Below are positions 20,776 to 29,380 of a stretch of 64,000 nucleotides of DNA, piece after piece. The DNA is from Promethearchaeota archaeon (lineage in GTDB: Archaea > Asgardarchaeota > Lokiarchaeia > Sigyniarchaeales > SOKP01), in assembly GCA_016839555.1 (NCBI GenBank), contig JAEOUA010000006.1, forward strand, positions 224,001 to 288,000, written 5' to 3'. The translations under genes and the position numbers were made by a program. Numbering within the stretch: position 1 is the first letter of the stretch; each line of letters opens with the position of its first letter. The notes under the pieces were generated by a model, which was given only the letters and a program-made list of their open reading frames with translations, had not been told where the DNA came from and made no database searches.

Positions 20776-21507
20776 ATGAAAGGTCTGGATAATAAAAAAA
20801 ATAGATTACTAGATAGCCAAAAATTATTATTTGGAAAATTAAAGAAATTAAATCAATTATTTAAAATACATTATACATCATTAGTTTTGTTTTTCTTATT
20901 TGCCCTTAGTAATATTATTTTTTGGATGGCTTTATTAATTATAGGACAAGCTAAACCGGAATTATTTCAGAGATATGGCATCTTCGGAATGGTAGTGACT
21001 TTTATTCTAATAATCGTTCTTTTTCTTCTATTAATTGTTTTAGCACTACAAATATATTATTATAGTTTTTTTATTATTAGAGGAGATCGCTCTCTTAAAC
21101 AGTTTAAAGGTGATAAAGAGGCGAAAAATACTCATTATAATGGAATAGTCCCTTATATTAATAATTTCTATGCCTTTTTCAATCGATATTCAAAAGAGAA
21201 AACAAATTATAGTCAATTAGTTTTTAGCTTTTTATTAGTCAATTTCTTTTTGGGATTTTTTATATTTTTTATAGCCACGCGATTCATCGATCCTAGTATT
21301 ACGATGTTATCGGTAAAAATTTGCGGTCCTATATTATTCCTCCTGATGGTAATCTCTTGGATCATGGACATAATAATCTCAATGAAAATTAGAATTAAAA
21401 TCGTGAAATGGGAAAATCTTTTTCCTAAATTAGAAGAATGGGCTCAAGAATTAGAAAAAAATTTTATAAGAAATTCGAATCATAAAGATAAGGAGGATGC
21501 CTTATAA
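20776..21507 (+). CDS. 4-TM membrane protein, similar in architecture to 14917..15630
   Basis: Two TM hairpins, charged central loop, C-terminal KWENLFPKLEEW..ELEK helix. Confidence 0.7.
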   Translation: MKGLDNKKNRLLDSQKLLFGKLKKLNQLFKIHYTSLVLFFLFALSNIIFWMALLIIGQAKPELFQRYGIFGMVVTFILIIVLFLLLIVLALQIYYYSFFIIRGDRSLKQFKGDKEAKNTHYNGIVPYINNFYAFFNRYSKEKTNYSQLVFSFLLVNFFLGFFIFFIATRFIDPSITMLSVKICGPILFLLMVISWIMDIIISMKIRIKIVKWENLFPKLEEWAQELEKNFIRNSNHKDKEDAL

Positions 21508-21528
21508 TTCTTAGGTTGGTGTTTTTCA

Positions 21529-21822
21529 ATGAGCTCTTCAAGGCGTAGTAAATTCGAAATTTGGTCCGAGATATTAGAATATTGTTTAAGAAAAAAAAGA
21601 AGTCAAACATGGCTATTACGAAATACCCGTTTAAATACTAATGCAATAAAAGATAATCTTCAATTTCTCTTATCTCGAAATTTAATTGACCAGATAAATG
21701 AGGGTGAGGTAATAAAATATCATATAACATATAAAGGGGAAGAAGCATTACAGAAATTTTATACTCTAATAAATGATTATTTTAATTTAAATCAAGAAAG
21801 TAGAAAAAAAAAGAATTATTAA
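21529..21822 (+). CDS. winged-HTH regulator (HTH_45 family)
   Basis: RRSKFEIWSEILE...TRLN...LQFLLSRNLI...YHITYKGEEAL. Confidence 0.85.
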   Translation: MSSSRRSKFEIWSEILEYCLRKKRSQTWLLRNTRLNTNAIKDNLQFLLSRNLIDQINEGEVIKYHITYKGEEALQKFYTLINDYFNLNQESRKKKNY

Positions 21823-21927
21823 ATAAAACATATTTTTAAATTATTTCTTTTTTTTTAAACTTTTAACTACTACATTTATAATAGTTAGAAAAAAAAGGGG
21901 ATATAAAAAAAATAAGGATTTTGGATC

Positions 21928-23010
21928 TTAAAAAATCCTATTATTAATGTTGGTTTGGAAATGTGGAAAATGAGAGGGTCTATTTTGGGAGATTACTCCT
22001 CGTTTTGAAACTAAGTAAAATTGGACGGGCACATTATCATAGATTAATGTTATTCCACGCCATTCATTATTGCCATTTGAATTAATTTCCACTACATCTC
22101 CTAATCCAACTCCTTCTCTTACTGAAAATTCTACTTGTAATTGTTTCAAAGCTTTAATAAATGTCTTATAATAGTTGATCTCCCCTTCTTTAAGGGGTTT
22201 ATCTCTAAATCTTAATGCTTCAATTGCGAACGCATTTAAAATATCAGCCCCCATATAATTCCAAGCTTTTGGATTTGCATAAAATTCAATTCCAATGAAT
22301 TCATTATTAATAAAACATGCAATCCCGCATTGATTTTCTATATTTGTAAAATGTTTGACAATCTCTTGCGTTTGATTTTGAGAAGTTTTTGTCATATCAA
22401 GATAACTCTGAGTTGGAGCGAGATTTGGAGCGAAATTCATCTCAGATCTATAAGACTGGATCTCTCCCCATACAGCACCTTGTCCTGCGGAAGATATTGC
22501 ATCAAATGCGATATTGGGATGGAGCCGCATACTTGATGACTTAAATCCGCGTGCCTTCTTATAATTCCATCGTGATTGTTCTATGCATTTTGCAGGTATA
22601 CTATATTTATGTGGTTGTGGATGAGGGTTTGGTGGTGGTGGAGGATTTGTTCCTATTGGAGGAGTTGATTGTTTGCTGAATACTTGATGTTTTTCACCAG
22701 GAGGTAATAAGATAGGTTCCCAAATGGTTCGATCTTGTTTTCCTCCATGAACGGTCATTCCAAACGGGATTAAAATTTGTTTATTACTCTTATTAATTAC
22801 TTCTAATTGATTTACTGAATTGGTTTCTAATACTTCAATTAATTCTAATTTTTCTGCTTCTTTGATACTAATGAAATCAATAAATTTATTTTCTTGAAGG
22901 ATAATAGGAATAATTGTCATATTCTTATGAGTTTGAGGAGCTTCAAAACTAAGCAATACGGATGGTTCAATAAAAATAGACTCGGCAATCTGAATACTTT
23001 CTGCTTTCAC
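21928..23010 (-). CDS. ARPP-1 family (DUF6569-like) domain protein
   Basis: GGKQDRTI, IPAKCIEQSRW, QGAVWGEI, QCGIACFINNEFIGIEFY; Pro-rich insertion. Confidence 0.75.
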   Translation of the reverse strand: MKAESIQIAESIFIEPSVLLSFEAPQTHKNMTIIPIILQENKFIDFISIKEAEKLELIEVLETNSVNQLEVINKSNKQILIPFGMTVHGGKQDRTIWEPILLPPGEKHQVFSKQSTPPIGTNPPPPPNPHPQPHKYSIPAKCIEQSRWNYKKARGFKSSSMRLHPNIAFDAISSAGQGAVWGEIQSYRSEMNFAPNLAPTQSYLDMTKTSQNQTQEIVKHFTNIENQCGIACFINNEFIGIEFYANPKAWNYMGADILNAFAIEALRFRDKPLKEGEINYYKTFIKALKQLQVEFSVREGVGLGDVVEINSNGNNEWRGITLIYDNVPVQFYLVSKRGVISQNRPSHFPHFQTNINNRIF

Positions 23011-23012
23011 AC

Positions 23013-23438
23013 TTATTTCACCTCTTTTTTATTTTTATTAATATTTTCACTTTCTTTTTTATTAACAGATTTTTCTTCATAAAGTTGGTTTATAAATTTA
23101 TTAACAATATCTTTTCCATTAGGTGTTAATTCTACCCCATAAGAATATTTGACTTTTCCATTTTCAGTCGCTCCATTAATTCGAATACCACGATCTGAAG
23201 GCAATTCTTCTGATTTTCGTATTTCTTGATGAGTTTTTACTAACCCACCTTTTTTTAATTCGTTTAAATGGTAATTAAGCCGTTGTTTTTGAACTCCTAT
23301 CTCATCGGCAATATCTATGGGCCTTTTCGCTTCTTCTGAGATTTCCTTCAAAATATCAGCTCTTATAGGGTTTCTAAATACAAGACCAACTTTTTCGAAT
23401 ATAGGTTTCTTTTTTTCTTTTCTACCCATATTTTTCAC
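23013..23438 (-). CDS. ArsR-type winged-HTH regulator
   Basis: NPIRADILKEI...IADEIGVQKQRLNYHLNELKKGGLV; ends 2 bp before the ARPP-1 gene. Confidence 0.85.
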   Translation of the reverse strand: MKNMGRKEKKKPIFEKVGLVFRNPIRADILKEISEEAKRPIDIADEIGVQKQRLNYHLNELKKGGLVKTHQEIRKSEELPSDRGIRINGATENGKVKYSYGVELTPNGKDIVNKFINQLYEEKSVNKKESENINKNKKEVK

Positions 23439-23460
23439 TTATATTTATATATTTTTTTAT

Positions 23461-23479
23461 AGTAAAAATATTTTTTACT
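23461..23479. promoter_or_regulatory. inverted repeat upstream of the HTH-ARPP-1 operon
   Basis: AGTAAAAA-TAT-TTTTTACT; AT-rich, so moderately likely to occur by chance. Confidence 0.3.
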
Positions 23480-23749
23480 GTATAACAAAAACAAAACTAT
23501 ATATTTAAATCTATCGATTTTTTTAAAATCCGTAAAAAGTTCATATATAGTTAATAAGATGAAAATATGAAGTTTGAAATAAAATAGAAATAAAATTTGG
23601 TTAATTTATATTCTTTTCTTGCTTATTTTTTATTGATTTAATGCATCTAAGAATTTTAGAATTCAATATTTTCAATAATTAAAAAACATTAATAATACTA
23701 ACATACAGAAATTATATATTATAGAATTTAAAGCGTATATCAAGCTAAT

Positions 23750-24547
23750 ATGAATATTCTTTGTAGCGGATTGAAAGAATTTAAATCGGGAAAAACCACT
23801 TTAACCTTAAGTTTAATCAAATATTTAAAAGAAGAAGGAGAATCAGTTTGTGGATTTAAACCAAAAGCAGGGAATAATATATGGTATCACTGGAACGCGG
23901 TAATGACTTCCCTAAAAAAGGGAACGATTTATGGAATAGATGTTCAAAAATATTATGATGCTTGCGACAGAACAATTCCTATTACAACCTTAAATCCAAT
24001 TCATCGTTTATGGGTTCCGGAATCCCGGGATATTGTTTGGGAAGAACTTCCGAGCTTCCTTTTAGATCGTATAACCCTAAAGGAGAAGCAATTTATAATT
24101 ATCAATACACATTGTAAATTTCCCGTGAATAAGGATTATTTTAACGAAATTTTACGGAATAGTGAACAGATAAAAATATCAGATAGAGAGGATCTAAATC
24201 AAATTACTAACCTTTATGAGGAGTCAGATGAATGGGCATTTTCAGTCCTTTCAAATAAATTTGACTCAATAGTTTTTGAGAGTTATGCGGATATTGGATT
24301 ACCTTGGACGGGATTATCGGAATTAGATTTTGTATTTGTGGTTGAACCTTTTAAAATTTATATTTATGAGGGAAAGCGCTATTTAAATGCATCTAAAATT
24401 GTTTCCAGTATTTCTATAGAGCAGAAAACAGAGGAATTAATCGAACTTATAAAACCGATTACATCTATAAGAATCCCTCCTTTTGCTGATAATATTATAG
24501 GAAAAATTACGAATTATCTCAGACCTCATTTAAAAGAGTTGTTTTAA
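23750..24547 (+). CDS. archaeal predicted P-loop ATPase (COG4028-like)
   Basis: SGLKEFKSGKTT, GFKPKAGNNIWYH, NPIHRLW. Confidence 0.75.
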   Translation: MNILCSGLKEFKSGKTTLTLSLIKYLKEEGESVCGFKPKAGNNIWYHWNAVMTSLKKGTIYGIDVQKYYDACDRTIPITTLNPIHRLWVPESRDIVWEELPSFLLDRITLKEKQFIIINTHCKFPVNKDYFNEILRNSEQIKISDREDLNQITNLYEESDEWAFSVLSNKFDSIVFESYADIGLPWTGLSELDFVFVVEPFKIYIYEGKRYLNASKIVSSISIEQKTEELIELIKPITSIRIPPFADNIIGKITNYLRPHLKELF

Positions 24548-24699
24548 TAATTTCTTTTTTATTTTTTAGAAAAATATAATAAACTGTCCGTTTTTTATTA
24601 GAATTCTAAGATTATGCCCAAAACGTAATATTATGAGTATTTTAACCCATTTTTTCTTGTTTACCAATATATTTATATACAAGTTTTTCTTAAATCTTT

Positions 24700-24870
24700 A
24701 TGAGATCTAACTATAAAAAAAGTGGAAATTGTGGTATAAGTCCACATGAAGCCGTCTAAAACAAGATTTCTTCGATGGGCTTTTTTGCCGACTGTGGGCA
24801 TCTAAGGTAAAACCTTACCAACCATCCAAGACTTTTTGGCATTTCGCCATTATTTTTTTACTTTTTTTTC
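24700..24870 (+). ncRNA. candidate structured small RNA
   Basis: TTTATATA box at ~24672, a GC-richer island with five or more hairpins, then a T-rich terminator-like tract. Confidence 0.35.
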
Positions 24871-24988
24871 TATATTTTTTACATTATATTCTTTTAATAA
24901 CAGTTTTATGGGATATTATATTCAGAATTTTGTGATTAATTTGCTTTTTTTTTATTTTTCTAAGTAAAGAAAATATTCTGTTTCTTTT

Positions 24989-25756
24989 ATGGTGATAATG
25001 ATGATTTTATATATAATTCTTGGAGTTATTGGTTTTATAATTTTGTTTCTAATAATACTAAGCTTGCCTCGAAAAGAAAATGAAAGAATTCATAATATTG
25101 AAGCTATTGATAATCCGGACGTGGTGAAAGGATTTGAAACAATGGCAAAGACACCGGCTTTTGCATGGATTCATAAAAAAATAGTTTCAAAATTAACTGA
25201 ATTCCTTCCTGAAGGAATTATTGTAGATTTAGGCTGCGGCTCTGGAAATTTAATAGTTAGATTAGCTAAAAAATTTCCAAATTCAGAAATAATTGGGGTA
25301 GACAATTCTTCGGAGATGCTTAAAACGGCTAAAGAGAGAGCTGAAAAAAAGATAAAAAGCCGAAAAATAAAGTTTAAAAAAGGTTCAGCCAATAAACTGC
25401 CCTTCAATGATAATTCCATAGATTTTGTAGTCAGTTCTTTATCACTTCATCATTGGATAAATCCTACTGAGGCATTGCAGGAGATATATCGTGTTTTAAA
25501 GAAGCACGGATATCTTATAATTTTTGATTTCAGGCGTAATTCTCGGAAATTTTTTTATGGACTTCTAAAATTTGCCACGACAATCGTTGTTCCAAAAGCA
25601 TTAAAAGATATAAATGAACCTTTAGGATCTCTGCTTTCCAGTTATACCGAAAATGAAATGAGGGAAATATTCAACCACACTTCTTTCGATAAGATTGATA
25701 TTGAGGCTCTAATGGCGTGGGTGTTCATTATCGCAAAAAAAAATAAAGATATTTAA
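24989..25756 (+). CDS. class I SAM-dependent methyltransferase with N-terminal TM anchor
   Basis: VDLGCGSG, GVDNSSEML, LPFNDNSIDFVVSSLSLHHW. Confidence 0.92.
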   Translation: MVIMMILYIILGVIGFIILFLIILSLPRKENERIHNIEAIDNPDVVKGFETMAKTPAFAWIHKKIVSKLTEFLPEGIIVDLGCGSGNLIVRLAKKFPNSEIIGVDNSSEMLKTAKERAEKKIKSRKIKFKKGSANKLPFNDNSIDFVVSSLSLHHWINPTEALQEIYRVLKKHGYLIIFDFRRNSRKFFYGLLKFATTIVVPKALKDINEPLGSLLSSYTENEMREIFNHTSFDKIDIEALMAWVFIIAKKNKDI

Positions 25757-25766
25757 TTTTATAATA

Positions 25767-26285
25767 TTATTCGCTCTCATATTTTTTTATTTTGGGAATT
25801 AATTTTGGAACATGCTCCTTATATACTCTATATTCCTCTTCAAAAAGATCTTCTAAGATCTCTTCTTCGCGGTTAATCATCCAATTATAAATAATTATCG
25901 CAATGATAAAGATCCCAGCACTTAATAGAGAGATTGAGAGGAATATAAATGCCGCATAAAATAATAATATAGCAAGATATAATGGATTTCTCACATGTCC
26001 CAAAATGCCGTTGGTAATAAGAGTTTCTGAAGGTTCATGTTCATGGAATAATAGTTTATGGGAGGGAACTCCAAAAATTATAGCTAAAATCACAAAAAAA
26101 ACAAAGAGAGAAATTCGAATATATATGAGAACATATTGATTTAAAAATGTTGAAAATTGAAGCCAGATAGAATCAATTATCCAAATTGCTGTAAAAACCA
26201 ATGGAATAATGGCTTGAATAACATGTGAATAAGGAGCTTCTCGCTCTAATCCTTTTTTACGGTTTCTTTTCATGTTAATTTTCAC
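25767..26285 (-). CDS. isoprenylcysteine carboxyl methyltransferase / PEMT-family membrane protein
   Basis: LITNG...VRNPLY, EEEIL...YRVYKEHVPK. Confidence 0.85.
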   Translation of the reverse strand: MKINMKRNRKKGLEREAPYSHVIQAIIPLVFTAIWIIDSIWLQFSTFLNQYVLIYIRISLFVFFVILAIIFGVPSHKLLFHEHEPSETLITNGILGHVRNPLYLAILLFYAAFIFLSISLLSAGIFIIAIIIYNWMINREEEILEDLFEEEYRVYKEHVPKLIPKIKKYESE

Positions 26286-26446
26286 CTTATAGAAAAAAAT
26301 CCATATATGTCTATATTATTAAATATCTTAATAATCTATTCAATTCTATTTTAAAAAGACGCGAATTTTATCATTGGTAAAGAAATATTTTCTGGTTATA
26401 GAGAGAGTTCTATTACTATATTGCTTTCTTTCAAAATCTTGAAATA

Positions 26447-27970
26447 CTAAAATTGATATTTCTCCCCATTTTGTAAAATAACAGTATTATCAAACGAATT
26501 CTTAAACCAATCAGGATTTTCCGTGTGAACGGGAATTAGAACCTCTGGATCAATGGTATCAATAGCCCATAATAATCCTGTTGTTGAAGCATGACCAGAA
26601 GTATGGAATTTTTTATCAAATACCGGCTTACCTTGTATAATATCAAAACCATAGGTGTTAATATTCAAATGGTTCAACCAATTTTTTAGCCTAATGAAGT
26701 CAAATTCTGATTCTTCTTCAAATGCTTCACTTGAAGAATATATATAAGCAGCATCTTCAGGTTTAATATCTAACAAATTATTAATATCATAGAAGGAAAA
26801 AGATACGATATAATTTTTAGGATCTTTGGAAACTTCGAAGGGGTCAACATATTCTATTTTTTTTTGGATTTTGAAAATATTTTCTTCCCAATTACGAGGT
26901 CTTGTTCTTAGATCCTTATAGACTTTTATATTTTTTAGTCTATCAAGACCATCAGCGTTCTCGAGAGCATATAATAAGTAGGCAGTTTTTGCCGTTATTA
27001 GGAGTGTCCTCCCTAATTTTTCTGCAATTTTTTGAAATATTTTTAACCGCTCAAAGTTCCTTCCAGCAAAATCAGCAATAATTAGACCTTTTGTTCTTTC
27101 AGCAGCATCTAAACAATTTTCATAAACTTCATCTTCTGTTTTATTATTAGGATCCTCTATAGAAGTCCTCGTCCCTTCGATAATTAAAATAGAAGCATCT
27201 TTTGAATTCTGAAAAAATTGTTTACTTTTATATCCTTCTGTTCCATGGAGTCTAAAATCTCCAGTATACGCAAGTGTGATATCTCCTTCCAATTTGTAAG
27301 CAGTAGAACCAAGAATAGAATGATCTACTTCGAAGGGATTTATGGCAAATTTAAAGGAGTAATCACATAATTCGCATATATCACCATAATCATAAGGCTT
27401 CCAGTTACTTTTATTTTTTCTGAAAAAATCAAAAAATGGTGGAGGAATATCTTCTGCTGTGCAGATAAATTCTCTTCCCTTATACATATTATTTTTTTTT
27501 TGATCTGATTTAATACATCTATCATCATTAGTGGGTACTCTCATTGAAAAATATGCTGTTTCCGAATCGAAGGTAGGTCTATAACAATCTCGGATTGCTT
27601 TGAGTAAAGCTATTGTTTTTAAGGATGAAATTATGGGAATAGTTGGATCTAATAACCCTATATTACCATAATGGTCTTTATGAGCATGGCTAAGTAATAC
27701 TCCTTTAACATTTAAAGATGGATATACAGAAATATCCAAATCTGAAGGAATTAGATCTCTACGATAAATATTAAGCTTTGGAATAAGATTAAGGTTAAAT
27801 AAATCATAAATACCTCTGGAGGTTCTTGCCTTCAAATATTCTTGAAAATATTTTCCATAAGTTTTAAAATTCATTCCAAAATCAAGAAAAATACCTTCTC
27901 CCTCCTGTTCTAAATATATTTTAGTACCTCCTATGGTATCTGCTCCATCATAAATAGTTATAGATCCCAT
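26447..27970 (-). CDS. metallo-beta-lactamase / beta-CASP nuclease (RNase J-like)
   Basis: TIGG, LDFG, SHAHKDHYG, VDHS, YTGDFR, HTSGHAS, IPVHTE. Confidence 0.9.
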   Translation of the reverse strand: MGSITIYDGADTIGGTKIYLEQEGEGIFLDFGMNFKTYGKYFQEYLKARTSRGIYDLFNLNLIPKLNIYRRDLIPSDLDISVYPSLNVKGVLLSHAHKDHYGNIGLLDPTIPIISSLKTIALLKAIRDCYRPTFDSETAYFSMRVPTNDDRCIKSDQKKNNMYKGREFICTAEDIPPPFFDFFRKNKSNWKPYDYGDICELCDYSFKFAINPFEVDHSILGSTAYKLEGDITLAYTGDFRLHGTEGYKSKQFFQNSKDASILIIEGTRTSIEDPNNKTEDEVYENCLDAAERTKGLIIADFAGRNFERLKIFQKIAEKLGRTLLITAKTAYLLYALENADGLDRLKNIKVYKDLRTRPRNWEENIFKIQKKIEYVDPFEVSKDPKNYIVSFSFYDINNLLDIKPEDAAYIYSSSEAFEEESEFDFIRLKNWLNHLNINTYGFDIIQGKPVFDKKFHTSGHASTTGLLWAIDTIDPEVLIPVHTENPDWFKNSFDNTVILQNGEKYQF

Positions 27971-28134
27971 TACTTATTCACCATAGATTCTTTTACTATT
28001 TAAATAATAATAAAAAGCGTTTTTAATATTATGGGATTTAACAAGATTATTATAATTTAGATTAATCTTTTTCTCTAAAAATAGTTAAGAAAGATTGCAA
28101 GAAATTTTTAAAGCAAGATAATATTTCTCTAAAT

Positions 28135-29319
28135 GTGTTAATACCTCCGTTTTTAAGTTTTCTTATTGTTATTATATTAATTTTAGTATTTTCTAAATAC
28201 GAGCTAAGTATCACGTTAACTATTGGAGCTATCGTGTTCGGAATTTTAGCAGATGTTAATGTGATTGATGCTATCTTAACGGTGGGGTTGGATCCTTCGA
28301 TTATTTTATTAACAATTGCAATACTCTTTATTCCTATCTTAGGGGGCTTAATGGGTGAATCGGGATTAATGAATGAATTGATTGATAATATGGATGTATC
28401 AAAAAAAACCTCATTAATGGTATCCCCCGCTCTTTACGGCTTATTACCAGTTGCCGGAGGTGCTTTAATGTCTGCACCAATTGTAGATAATATTGCGCCT
28501 GAGATGAATTCTAGTCGAAAAATATCTATAAACGTGTGGTATCGTCATATCTTTATTCTTATTTACCCCTTATCTTTACTTGTAATAAGCGAAATAGCGA
28601 ACATAAATCTGTATTTAATCGTGGTAGCAATGATTATTCCATTTATCCTATTAATTCTTATTGGATATTTTTTTCTAATCAAATCCATTCCAGAGGAAAA
28701 GGAACAACATGAAAGAAATTTAAAGCGGGTGTTCAGAAACTTGATTCCCATAATTATTGCCCCTATTTTTGATTTTATTGGGAGACTTTTCATTAATTTT
28801 TCTTATCCCGAGATCTTTCTGATAATCGGTTTGCTTTTAAGTATTTTTATAAGCTTAAAAATGGGTAATCTTCCCCTTAAAAGTGTTGGAAAAATATCAA
28901 AAGGCATGAAAATATGGAGGTTTCCTCTTTTAATTTTTGCTATGTTCCTATTTCTTGAGGTTTTTATAAGGTCCAGCGTACCAGATACAATTGGAAACCT
29001 TAACTTGCCTTATATCTTGCTTTTATGCATTGGTTTTTTTTTAGGTGTGGGCACGGGACGCATACAGCTCCCATTATCAATAATGGTACCGATTTATACC
29101 ATTCAAAATAGTTTAATGGCTATGCCTCTATTAGATTTTTCCTTTCTCTATCTAGCGATATTTTTAGGCTATATTATCACACCTATCCATCCATGTGTGG
29201 CTTATAGTATAAATTATTTCAATGATTCCTATAAAAACGTGTTAAAAGATATTTCTCTGCCCACATTTTTAAGTTTTGGAGTTTTATTAGGCGTATATGC
29301 GATAATATCATTATTTTAA
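28135..29319 (+). CDS. DUF401-family membrane transporter
   Basis: PALYGLLPVAGGALMSAP, NVWYRH, TPIHPC. Confidence 0.85.
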   Translation: MLIPPFLSFLIVIILILVFSKYELSITLTIGAIVFGILADVNVIDAILTVGLDPSIILLTIAILFIPILGGLMGESGLMNELIDNMDVSKKTSLMVSPALYGLLPVAGGALMSAPIVDNIAPEMNSSRKISINVWYRHIFILIYPLSLLVISEIANINLYLIVVAMIIPFILLILIGYFFLIKSIPEEKEQHERNLKRVFRNLIPIIIAPIFDFIGRLFINFSYPEIFLIIGLLLSIFISLKMGNLPLKSVGKISKGMKIWRFPLLIFAMFLFLEVFIRSSVPDTIGNLNLPYILLLCIGFFLGVGTGRIQLPLSIMVPIYTIQNSLMAMPLLDFSFLYLAIFLGYIITPIHPCVAYSINYFNDSYKNVLKDISLPTFLSFGVLLGVYAIISLF

Positions 29320-29380
29320 GAAATTGTCTCTTCTCCTCTTCCAAAAATTTCAAATAGAAATTTATCCTTATTTGATTTGA

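Noticed and set aside
24741-24790. ATGA followed by a stem and an AAAA loop as a eukaryote-like SECIS
   Set aside because: No GA on the 3' side to close the quartet, and no gene in the window shows an in-frame TGA at a Cys position.
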